A DNA stretch of 64,000 bases from an uncultured Nitrosopumilales archaeon. GTDB taxonomy: Archaea; Thermoproteota; Nitrososphaeria; Nitrososphaerales; UBA213. Location: positions 6,530-70,529 of the forward strand of contig CAYJSN010000007.1 in the NCBI GenBank assembly GCA_964373125.1, in the 5' to 3' direction. This document shows, in pieces, positions 56,413-64,000 of this stretch. Positions within the stretch are counted from its first letter, which is position 1. Each line of letters opens with the position of its first letter. The position numbers and the translations under genes are program-made. The notes beneath the pieces are model-generated. The model saw nothing but the letters and a program-made list of their open reading frames with translations, made no database searches and was not told the DNA's origin.

Positions 56413-57566
56413 TGCTTCTCCACCCTCCTGATCACTTCCCTGCCGACCCTGAGCAGCTGCGGCGCGTTCTTTGCGAGCTGCCTCTTGCTCTTCACGTAGA
56501 GCTCGAGCTCCTTCTCGGGGGAGAGCACGTAGCGCTCTCCCAGCACGCCCGACTCGGGGAGCGAGACCGTCGTCCTGGCCTGTAACTTGTAGTCGAAGAC
56601 CCTGCAGTCCCTGAGCTTGTCCAGTATCGGGGTCCAGTTGATCGACCTGTTTTCGTGCACATCGATGTTCTCGAGCTTTATCCTCACCAGCGCGTTCTTT
56701 ATCTCCTTGGTCCTCTGCTCGACCGACTCCAGCACGAGCTTTGCGATCTTTGACGCGGAGGAGCCGGAACAGTCAAAATCTATTACAGTGACCATCTTTC
56801 TTATCGGCAGCCTGACCGGCTTGACCCTGACGCTCTCCTCGAACTCCACCAAGAGGGCATACTTTTCCTCGTTCTCCTCCCCAAAGTCGAAGCGCTCCGA
56901 GGAGCCCGAGTAAAATATCGGCACCGCATGTTTGATCTGCTGGAACTTGTGCATGTGCCCCAGGGCCGCGTATGAGAAGCCATCGGATATCTGGGACGGG
57001 TTGAGCGGCTTCCCGACGAAGGGCTCCACAAACTCCTCCGAGCTGGGGACTGCCTGCGCCACCGGCGCGTGTGTCGCTAGGATCTTCTTGTCGGACGTTG
57101 ATTTCTCGAGCGCCGTTGCAAGCATCGGGGCGAACTGGTCGTTCACCTCGTCGAACTTTGCCGGAGCCGGGACGCAGACAAAGTCATACGCGCCCAAGAT
57201 GAAGGTGTTCGGCTCGGTTGCGACGAAGACGTTGTCTATCTCGCTCAGGATCGTGAGTGGGTTCAGGCCCGCGCTGGTCTTGGGGGTCTCCCTGTTCCCG
57301 CTCACTATCAGGGTCATTATCCCGGCCCTTGACAGGCGCTTCAGGATGCGCGTCACCTCCAAGACATAGTACTGGTGGGGGTTCGTGCGGGTGAATAAAT
57401 CGCCAGCGATAAGGAAGACATCGACCCTTTCGTTCAGGGCGATCCTGCCTATGCTCCTGAAGGCGTTCAGGTAGTCGAGGCTCCTGGCGTTGAGGCCAGT
57501 AGAGGTGTCAGCCTTCGAATAGGCAATCTCGCCGATATGGTTATCCGATGTCTGAAGTATCCGCAT
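56409..57566 (-). CDS. mre11: Mre11 nuclease (calcineurin-like phosphoesterase)
   Basis: 385 aa. Motif I SDNHIG, II AGDLF, V GHMH. Motif III reads SGNRE rather than GNH(D/E). ATGA overlap with rad50. Confidence 0.82.
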   Translation of the reverse strand: MRILQTSDNHIGEIAYSKADTSTGLNARSLDYLNAFRSIGRIALNERVDVFLIAGDLFTRTNPHQYYVLEVTRILKRLSRAGIMTLIVSGNRETPKTSAGLNPLTILSEIDNVFVATEPNTFILGAYDFVCVPAPAKFDEVNDQFAPMLATALEKSTSDKKILATHAPVAQAVPSSEEFVEPFVGKPLNPSQISDGFSYAALGHMHKFQQIKHAVPIFYSGSSERFDFGEENEEKYALLVEFEESVRVKPVRLPIRKMVTVIDFDCSGSSASKIAKLVLESVEQRTKEIKNALVRIKLENIDVHENRSINWTPILDKLRDCRVFDYKLQARTTVSLPESGVLGERYVLSPEKELELYVKSKRQLAKNAPQLLRVGREVIRRVEKQ

Positions 57567-57645
57567 CGATCTTTCCTTCTCTATAGTATTTCCAGTACCA
57601 ATTTATAAACTGGGATCATTGCCCGGCCATACTCCGATCTTCTGA

Positions 57646-57828
57646 TCAGCTCTTGTACCCGAACAGAAAGTAGCCGCAGTTTGCGCAGATCGTGCCCACC
57701 TTGACCCACCGCTTGCCCGCGTGGCCTTGGTGCACATAGGTCGATTTCATCATGCTCCCACAGTGCGGGCACTCGATAACGGTCCTTGGCAAGGTGTATA
57801 CACCATCCACCCCTGCCCATATGAGCAT
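57646..57828 (-). CDS. Small zinc-ribbon protein upstream of mre11
   Basis: 60 aa. CPHCG...(23 aa)...CANCG. Same strand as mre11, 79 nt upstream of it. Confidence 0.45.
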   Translation of the reverse strand: MLIWAGVDGVYTLPRTVIECPHCGSMMKSTYVHQGHAGKRWVKVGTICANCGYFLFGYKS

Positions 57829-57829
57829 T

Positions 57830-59290
57830 ATGGTTTTATCGTCTCCCCCCAGTATTAGTGGGGTGAGCGAGGATACTGCTTCAAAGGCGGTGGATCATGC
57901 CCTGAAGATGGGCGCCAGCTATGCTGATGCCAGGTTTGAGGCCAGGACAGAAAACGGGCTCCTAGTGGAGAACGGCAGCATAGAGCACTTCGCGTCGGCG
58001 CGGGAGTCGGGCCTAGGCGTCAGGGTCATAGCAGATGGCGCGTGGGGGTTCTATGCCTTTGCCAATCCCAAAGATATTGCCGATTCGCGCACCGCGGCAG
58101 AGAAGGCCGTCAAACTTGCAAAGGGTTACAGCGCCAGCCTGAAGCGGAAGGTCTCCCTTGCCGATACCAAGGCCTACACTGACAGGGTGGAGTTCGGGTT
58201 CAGGAAGGATCCGAGGAACGCTGTGAAGGAGCTGGTGCAGATAGCGAAGGACTGCGACAAGATAATCAGGAGCGCCGGGGCTAGGATACACAGGTCGTCG
58301 GTATCCACAGAGTATGAATTCACCGAGAAGACATTTGTGAGCAGCGATGGCGCCAGGATCATGCAGAGCTATCTTGACACTGTGATCAACCTCTCGGCCA
58401 CCGCGCACGAGTCCGGGCTCACCCAGAGCGTCTCGGCCACGGAGGGGGGAAGGGGCGGGATGGAGATGATCACCGAGCACGCAAACGCGATGCAGAGGGC
58501 CGAGGAGGTGGCCCGGAAGGCGGTGGAGCTGATAGACGCCAAGCCCGCGAAGGAGCAGAAGACAAGGGTCGTAATGAACCCCGACTTTGTTGCGCTCCTG
58601 ACCCACGAGATACTCGGCCACCCCTCGGAGGCTGATAGGGTTTTAGGCTACGAGATGGCATGGGCTGGCGGCGCCTGGTGGGCAGGAAAGATAGGACAGC
58701 GCGTCGGCTCTGAAGCGTTAAGCGTGTCAGACAACCCGACCATCGAGCACAACCTAGGCTGGTACAAGTACGACGACGAGGGCGTGCTTGCAAACGAGAA
58801 GGTCCTGATAAGGAACGGCATGCTTGTGAACCATATGCAGAGCAGGGAGACCGCGGCAAAATTCAACGTCGAGCCCAACGGCGGCATGCGCGCGACCGGC
58901 TACGAATTCATGCCGCTGATAAGGATGGCGTGCACCTACATCAGCCCGGGCGACTGGGATCACACTGAGATGATCAAGGAGGTAAAGGACGGCGTCCTCA
59001 TCTGCAACATGAAGGTTCCCTCGATCGACATGATGCGCTACAACTGGAGCATATCTTGTCAATATGCATACAGCATAAAGAACGGCGAGGTGGGGAACCT
59101 GCTGCGCGATGTGATAGTCATGGGCATAGCGCCCGAGTTCTTCGCCTCGATCGATGCCTGCGGCAGGGAGTTCGAGGTGAGGCCGGTCCTGAACTGCGGG
59201 AAGGGCGATCCCATGCAGACGCTCAGGATGGGCAACGGTGGCCCCTACGTCAGGGGCACGGCGACCGTGAAGAGCGTGGAAGGCGCGTAG
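57830..59290 (+). CDS. tldD: TldD/PmbA-family metallopeptidase (TldD-like, HExxxH)
   Basis: LTHEILGHPSEAD (HExxxH) and a C-terminal GGM...P-type fold. The start is uncertain: ATG 57821 overlaps the divergent ORF, ATG 57830 does not, and GTG 57863 sits about 25 nt after a TTTTAT element and gives a typical N-terminus (SEDTASKAVDHALKMGASYADARFE). Confidence 0.82.
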   Translation: MVLSSPPSISGVSEDTASKAVDHALKMGASYADARFEARTENGLLVENGSIEHFASARESGLGVRVIADGAWGFYAFANPKDIADSRTAAEKAVKLAKGYSASLKRKVSLADTKAYTDRVEFGFRKDPRNAVKELVQIAKDCDKIIRSAGARIHRSSVSTEYEFTEKTFVSSDGARIMQSYLDTVINLSATAHESGLTQSVSATEGGRGGMEMITEHANAMQRAEEVARKAVELIDAKPAKEQKTRVVMNPDFVALLTHEILGHPSEADRVLGYEMAWAGGAWWAGKIGQRVGSEALSVSDNPTIEHNLGWYKYDDEGVLANEKVLIRNGMLVNHMQSRETAAKFNVEPNGGMRATGYEFMPLIRMACTYISPGDWDHTEMIKEVKDGVLICNMKVPSIDMMRYNWSISCQYAYSIKNGEVGNLLRDVIVMGIAPEFFASIDACGREFEVRPVLNCGKGDPMQTLRMGNGGPYVRGTATVKSVEGA

Positions 59291-59348
59291 GCCGTTCGCT
59301 CCGATTACGACAAAGCAAAATAAGAACAGCATTTCATCTCATCCAGAG

Positions 59349-59939
59349 ATGGACGGGGATTCGCTTGAGATAATAGCCGGAGAGGTCAGGGAGTGCACAC
59401 TCTGCGACCTGGCAAAGGGCCGGATCAACGCGGTTCCCGGCGAGGGCAGCAGCCTGGCAAAGATAATGTTCATCGGCGAGGCGCCGGGGAGGAGCGAGGA
59501 CGAGCAGGGAAGGCCCTTCGTGGGCGCTGCCGGCAGGCTCCTGACCGAGGCGCTGCAGGAGGCCGGCCTCTCCAGGGAGGAGGTCTTCATCACCAACATA
59601 GTGAAGTGCAGGCCGCCGAACAACAGGGTCCCAAAGGATGAGGAGCGGAGCGCCTGCAGGCCCTACCTGGAGCGCCAGATCGGGCTCATCAACCCGAAGA
59701 TAGTATGCGTCCTGGGCAGGACGGCCTATGAATCATTGCTCGGCGGTGGGTCGATAACGTCGAACCGCGGCAGGGTCGTAAAGCGCGGGAGCCGGCACTA
59801 CTTCCTCACCGTGCACCCGGCCGCGGTCATCTACAACCCCGACCTAAAGTCGGTCTTCAGGCGGGACATCCTGAACCTCGTGAAGGAGCTTAAGAGGATC
59901 GAGTCCGAGAAGCACGAATCGCTGGAGGAGTACCTCTGA
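59349..59939 (+). CDS. udg: Uracil-DNA glycosylase, family 4 (Fe-S type)
   Basis: 196 aa. ECTLCDL, FIGEAPGRSEDEQGRPFVGAAG, NIVKCRPP, HPAAV. Confidence 0.9.
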   Translation: MDGDSLEIIAGEVRECTLCDLAKGRINAVPGEGSSLAKIMFIGEAPGRSEDEQGRPFVGAAGRLLTEALQEAGLSREEVFITNIVKCRPPNNRVPKDEERSACRPYLERQIGLINPKIVCVLGRTAYESLLGGGSITSNRGRVVKRGSRHYFLTVHPAAVIYNPDLKSVFRRDILNLVKELKRIESEKHESLEEYL

Positions 59940-60541
59940 TGCGAATCTTGAGCAGGAAATTTTACGACCGGGACACCATCGAGGTCGCGCGCGACCTGCT
60001 GGGCAAGACGCTGGTCAGGGTTCTTGACGGAAGACGCATGCTTTCTGGCATTATAGTCGAGAGCGAGGCCTACCGCTCCACCGATGATCCGGCAAGCCAC
60101 TCCTACCGGGGAAAGACAGAAAGAAACAGCGTGATGTTCGGCCCGGTCGGCCATGCGTATGTTTACTTCACATACGGCAACCACCACTGCCTCAACCTGG
60201 TCGCAAAGGACGGTGCCACGCCGGCTGGCGCGGTCCTCATCAGGGCGATCGAGCCGCTCGAGGGCGTATCAACAATGCAGATGCACCGGGGAACCGATGA
60301 CATCTTCAACTTGGCTAGCGGGCCGGGCAAGCTCACCGAAGCATTAAGGATTAACAAGAAACAGAACGGGGCAGATGTCACAAGGAGGGAGGAGCTGTAC
60401 GTCCTCGACGGAGAAGGCGCCGAGAGCTCGAGAATAATCGCCGCTCCGAGGATAGGCATCAATGTGGCGCTGGATAAGAAGTGGCGGTTTCTGGTATCGG
60501 ACAGCAGGTTCGTCTCGAAGAGACCGAGGCCCGATCGGTAG
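59939..60541 (+). CDS. mpg: DNA-3-methyladenine glycosylase (AAG/MPG family)
   Basis: 200 aa. FYDRDTIEVARDLLGK, IVESEAYRSTDDPASHSYRGKTERNSVMFGPVGHAYVYFTYGNHHCLN and LASGPGKL. Its start overlaps the udg stop (TGATG). Confidence 0.9.
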   Translation: MRILSRKFYDRDTIEVARDLLGKTLVRVLDGRRMLSGIIVESEAYRSTDDPASHSYRGKTERNSVMFGPVGHAYVYFTYGNHHCLNLVAKDGATPAGAVLIRAIEPLEGVSTMQMHRGTDDIFNLASGPGKLTEALRINKKQNGADVTRREELYVLDGEGAESSRIIAAPRIGINVALDKKWRFLVSDSRFVSKRPRPDR

Positions 60542-60562
60542 CGTGTTATCCTGGCTGCTGCC

Positions 60563-61240
60563 CTACTTCGTCTTCTTGCCGGAGTGTTCTTCGCCCGGGC
60601 CGCCATTATTGTCGTCGTTCTCAGCCATCGTCCACGGGAAGAGCCGCCCGATAGATTTTGACCAGTCTACCTTCACCGTGTAGTAGATCAGGACGCCCAC
60701 TATTGCTGCAAGTATGGCCGTCGACACGTAGACCCAGATAGGATCCTGAACGCTCTCAAGCATTGGCTGGATCGACGACGAGAGTCCTGCCCTGGCGCCC
60801 CAGACTATCATTTCCGACAGCACGATCTTGCCTGCCAGCGTTGCGGAGAAAAAGCGCAGCGGGTTGTACTTCGAGAGTCCGAGCGGAATGTAGACCAGAT
60901 CGTCAGGCACGGGCGTTGCCGCGGCTATGAAGGCCGCGGGCCAGCCGTACCTGGAGACGAGCCTCTGCAGCGGCCGCATCCTTCGCTTCGTCTCCTCTGT
61001 GAGCATCCTCCTGCCGTAGTAGCTCCCGTAGAAGACGACCATCTTCCCGCCCGTGGCTCCTGCCGCGCCCACCAGTGACAGGAGGTGCGGGTCAAACACG
61101 GGGTCGAGGCCCATGGCTGCAAGGAGGACTAAGAATGGGACGGGAAGGAAGATCACGACGCTCCCGAGGAGGCTCGCCGCAAAAAGGCCGAGGTAACCGA
61201 GGCTCTCGTCGAACGGAAAGAGCTCCGTTATATCAACCAA
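60563..61240 (-). CDS. DedA / VTT (SNARE-associated) family membrane protein
   Basis: 225 aa, polytopic, TTG start. The loop YGSYYGRRMLTEETKRRMRPLQRLVSRYGWPAAFIAAATPVPDDL resembles the DedA signature region. Confidence 0.6.
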   Translation of the reverse strand: MVDITELFPFDESLGYLGLFAASLLGSVVIFLPVPFLVLLAAMGLDPVFDPHLLSLVGAAGATGGKMVVFYGSYYGRRMLTEETKRRMRPLQRLVSRYGWPAAFIAAATPVPDDLVYIPLGLSKYNPLRFFSATLAGKIVLSEMIVWGARAGLSSSIQPMLESVQDPIWVYVSTAILAAIVGVLIYYTVKVDWSKSIGRLFPWTMAENDDNNGGPGEEHSGKKTK

Positions 61241-61319
61241 GTCGTCTTAACTCTCTTAGTCTTGTATATAATTATAGTCGTGCGATGGAATTACAGCGAG
61301 ACAAGTCTAATCTCAGAAA

Positions 61320-62762
61320 CTAGTAGGCCCTACCAAAGTAGACGACGTGCTTTGCGTCCCTGCCGCAGTAGACGCACTTCCCGGGGCGCCCGTCCTCGAA
61401 CGGTATGGCCCGTATGTCGGCCCCCGTCTCCTCCTTTATCCTGACCTCGCACTCGGCCTCGCCGCACCACGACGCCCTCACGAAGCCTCCCCGCTTCTCG
61501 ATCGTCTCCTTGAACTTGGCGTAATCGTCAACGGCATACAGGTTCTTCTCCAGCAGTTCCTTCGCCCTGCTGAATAGGTTGTTCTGGATCGCCCGCAGGA
61601 CTTCCATGACCCGTATCTGCACCTCGGCATCGCTGGCGCTGGACTTCTCGCCGGTGTCGCGCCTGACCAGCACGACCTTGTTCTGCTGCAGGTCATTGGG
61701 GCCGATATCTATCCTGAGCGGCACTCCCTTCACCTCCAAGTCGTTGAACTTGCAGCCTGGAGTATCTTCTGCCCTGTCGTCCCTGTGCGTTCTTACGGAT
61801 TCTTTGGCCAGCAGGTCCCTGACCTGCTTTGCCTTTGCGGGTATCCCGGTGTTATCCTTGTCGGAGTAAAGGATCGGAATTATAACAGCCTGTATCGGGG
61901 CCACGTTTGGCGGCAGAACCAGACCTTTATCATCGCCGTGCACCATGACCAGCGCGCCGATCAGGCGCCAGGACATGCCCCAGGAGGTCTGCCATGCGTG
62001 GTGTTCCTGGTCATCGGTGCCAAGGTACTTGATGTTGAAGGGTTTGGCGAAGTTCTGCCCCAAGTTGTGGGACGTGCCCATCTGCAGGGCCCTCCCGTCA
62101 GCCATCATAGCCTCCAGTGTCATCGTATATACTGCGCCGACGAACTTCTCCCTCTCGCTCTTGTAGCCGACGATCACGGGTATGGCCAAGTGGTTCTCGA
62201 TGATCTCTCTATATACCTCCAGCATCGTCTTGGCCTCCTCCTCAGCCTCCTCGCCGGTGGCGTGAACCGTATGCCCTTCCTGCCAGAGGAACTCCGAGTT
62301 TCTTATCAGGGGCCTTGTGGCCTTGATCTCGGCCCTGAGGGCGCTGTTCCAGAAGTTTAGCTTGAGCGGCAGGTCACGATAGCTGCGGACCCATCTGGAG
62401 AAGACCTCGTACGCGAGGGTCTCCGAGGTGGGCCTCAGCGCCAGCCTCTCCCCGAGCTGGTCGTTGCCCGAGTGCGTGACCCAGAAGACCTCGGGCTTGA
62501 AGCCCTCGAAGTGCTCGGCCTCCCTCCCCAGCAGGCCTTCCGGGATTAGAACGGGAAGGAAGGCGTTCTGGTGCCCGGTCTCCCTGAAGCGCCTGTCGGC
62601 TATCTCCCTGACGCTCTCCCAGATGGCATAGCCGTAGGGCCGCAAGACGATAAACCCCTTCATCGGGGCATAGTCCACGAGGCCGGACTTGAGCACAACC
62701 TGCGTGTACCACTCGCTAAAGTCCTCATCCTTCTTCGCAGTGATTCCGATTTCCTTGCTCAA
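61320..62762 (-). CDS. proS: Prolyl-tRNA synthetase (archaeal/eukaryotic type)
   Basis: 480 aa, TTG start. Class II motifs (FRPTSE-like LRPTSET, WQEGHT, GTSHNLGQNF) and a C-terminal Zn domain (CGEAECE...CVYCG). Confidence 0.92.
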   Translation of the reverse strand: MSKEIGITAKKDEDFSEWYTQVVLKSGLVDYAPMKGFIVLRPYGYAIWESVREIADRRFRETGHQNAFLPVLIPEGLLGREAEHFEGFKPEVFWVTHSGNDQLGERLALRPTSETLAYEVFSRWVRSYRDLPLKLNFWNSALRAEIKATRPLIRNSEFLWQEGHTVHATGEEAEEEAKTMLEVYREIIENHLAIPVIVGYKSEREKFVGAVYTMTLEAMMADGRALQMGTSHNLGQNFAKPFNIKYLGTDDQEHHAWQTSWGMSWRLIGALVMVHGDDKGLVLPPNVAPIQAVIIPILYSDKDNTGIPAKAKQVRDLLAKESVRTHRDDRAEDTPGCKFNDLEVKGVPLRIDIGPNDLQQNKVVLVRRDTGEKSSASDAEVQIRVMEVLRAIQNNLFSRAKELLEKNLYAVDDYAKFKETIEKRGGFVRASWCGEAECEVRIKEETGADIRAIPFEDGRPGKCVYCGRDAKHVVYFGRAY

Positions 62763-63014
62763 CCGAACTCACGCCAACTAGAGCGGGTCGCCCTTGCAAT
62801 AAGCTTTCGCTCACAGAGGAATCGCCCTTTGAGAGGTATTGAGAGGCAGTACGCCATCGGGTCGGCTTCACAGACCCTTCCAATTTTTTTATCAACACGT
62901 GCTAAAGTCAGAAAATAGGACGCGTGTTCGCACCACGTGGTTTCAGTGCCGCTAAAATCCGGATAATTTGTAATGTTATAAATATATATTTACTTGTTTT
63001 GTTTTGCTAAAATT

Positions 63015-63980
63015 ATGGTAGATCTAATTTATGGTCGTGGAATAACCGATATTATCCGTGAAATGCCAGTTTATGTTAGCCTATTCACAAAGTATGCAAG
63101 CATCAAGCTTTTCCATGGGAAACCAGCTATATTTGGTTCTGCAGACATTATCAATGTCTGTAATTTACACTGTACCCATTGTTACTGGTGGTTGAACAGA
63201 AAGGATGGCGAAGACCTATCTGCAGAACAGTGGAGGGAAATAATCAGAAAGACTTTCAAAAAACAGAAAATTTCCTTTGTCACTCTTGTAGGTGGAGAAC
63301 CAACAATGCGTCCTGATGTCATTGAAGTTTTCTGTGAGGAAATGCCCAAAAGAGTTTGTGTTGTTACAAATGGGACCTTTCCTTTAAGGAGATTTGACAA
63401 TCTGTACTTTTACTGGGTATCGTTGGATGGAACAGAGCAAATACATGACAGCATCAGAGGAGAGGGTGCATACGCAAAGACTAGACAGAACATCCTTGAT
63501 TATATAGCAGGGCCTGACCGTCGAGGGAAACCAACTTGGAAAGAAATCTGGATTTCAACGACTATCAACGCACTAAATGACAGTACAATTGAGGATTTGG
63601 TTGAAGAATGGAGAGAAAAGGTCAATAAGATAGCATTCCAGTTTCATACCCCCTTTATCAAGGGAGATCCTTTATGGTTGCCATTTGGAGAAAAACGTAA
63701 GGAGGTGGTTGACAGACTAATTGCATTGCACAGTAAATACCCAGATTTTGTAGTCAATAGCGAGAAGCAGCTGTCGCTGATGAAAGGTAACTGGGGTGGA
63801 GTCGGTACGACGCCAGTTCAATGTCCCACATGGGCTATACTTTCACTGGATCACATGGGCAGAATAAAGCAGCCATGTTGTATCGGAAGTGCAGATACCA
63901 AAGCGCTAAAGCCAATTTGCGAAGAATGTGGTCTTGGGTGCTATTCAATGTTCGTCGCAGATGGTATAACTGGTAATTAA
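63015..63980 (+). CDS. Radical SAM enzyme with Cys-rich C-terminal (SPASM/DUF3463-like) region
   Basis: CNLHCTHCYW (CxxxCxxC), GGEPTM. C-terminal CPTWAILSLDHMGRIKQPCCIG...CEECGLGCY. ATG 63015, with TTATAAATATATATTTA about 30 nt upstream (the track ORF starts at TTG 62994). AT-rich gene. Confidence 0.8.
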   Translation: MVDLIYGRGITDIIREMPVYVSLFTKYASIKLFHGKPAIFGSADIINVCNLHCTHCYWWLNRKDGEDLSAEQWREIIRKTFKKQKISFVTLVGGEPTMRPDVIEVFCEEMPKRVCVVTNGTFPLRRFDNLYFYWVSLDGTEQIHDSIRGEGAYAKTRQNILDYIAGPDRRGKPTWKEIWISTTINALNDSTIEDLVEEWREKVNKIAFQFHTPFIKGDPLWLPFGEKRKEVVDRLIALHSKYPDFVVNSEKQLSLMKGNWGGVGTTPVQCPTWAILSLDHMGRIKQPCCIGSADTKALKPICEECGLGCYSMFVADGITGN

Positions 63981-64000
63981 ACTAGTAATTATAAGGAAGG

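Noticed and set aside
1-64000. CRISPR arrays, rRNA genes, transposases, integrases or IS elements, and prophage genes.
   Set aside because: Reading through the window, I saw no regularly spaced direct repeats, no rRNA-like conserved blocks, and no ORF with DDE, tyrosine- or serine-recombinase or capsid/terminase-like motifs. This includes the borders of both AT-rich islands.

Overview
The window reads as an archaeal chromosomal segment. It carries TFB, aIF1/SUI1, Alba, family-B DNA polymerase, FEN1, Sec61-beta, eS26, deoxyhypusine synthase, an archaeal-type ThrRS and an intron-containing tRNA. The gene content (3-hydroxyacyl-CoA dehydrogenase, Kelch and other large secreted proteins, many TTG/GTG starts, and TATA-like boxes about 25-30 nt upstream of start codons) is most consistent with a high-GC member of the Nitrososphaerota (Thaumarchaeota). 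That taxonomic call is inference only.

About 65 protein genes are tightly packed, and most are housekeeping:
- acs, a thyX-like gene, fen1 and tfb
- a trpEGDCBA operon, followed by pyrG
- nadK, thrS, dhs, polB and a Hef-like helicase
- gap, HMG-CoA synthase and mre11-rad50
- udg and mpg in tandem, then proS

RNA features are one tRNA-Ser(CGA) with a 40-nt intron and one GC-rich, hairpin-rich non-coding gap that may be an unclassified ncRNA. I saw no rRNA, no CRISPR array and no transposase or integrase.

Both window edges (1 to about 2030, and about 62880 to 64000) are visibly AT-rich islands. The left one carries a class II Fic protein and the right one a radical-SAM enzyme.

I did not find a clear-cut complete novel system. 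The best candidates for follow-up are:
1. A same-strand Zn-ribbon / Mre11 / Rad50 / PIN-ATPase-KH / nicotinamidase / Hjc-like nuclease cluster that lacks HerA-NurA.
2. The Hjc-like nuclease, whose conserved N-terminus has no canonical start codon.
3. The unclassified structured RNA candidate.
4. An orphan giant solute-binding-like protein with a polytopic C-terminal anchor.
5. Duplicated membrane Zn-ribbon proteins.
6. The two low-GC islands.

All family assignments come from motifs I can read in the translations. None has been confirmed by a database search.
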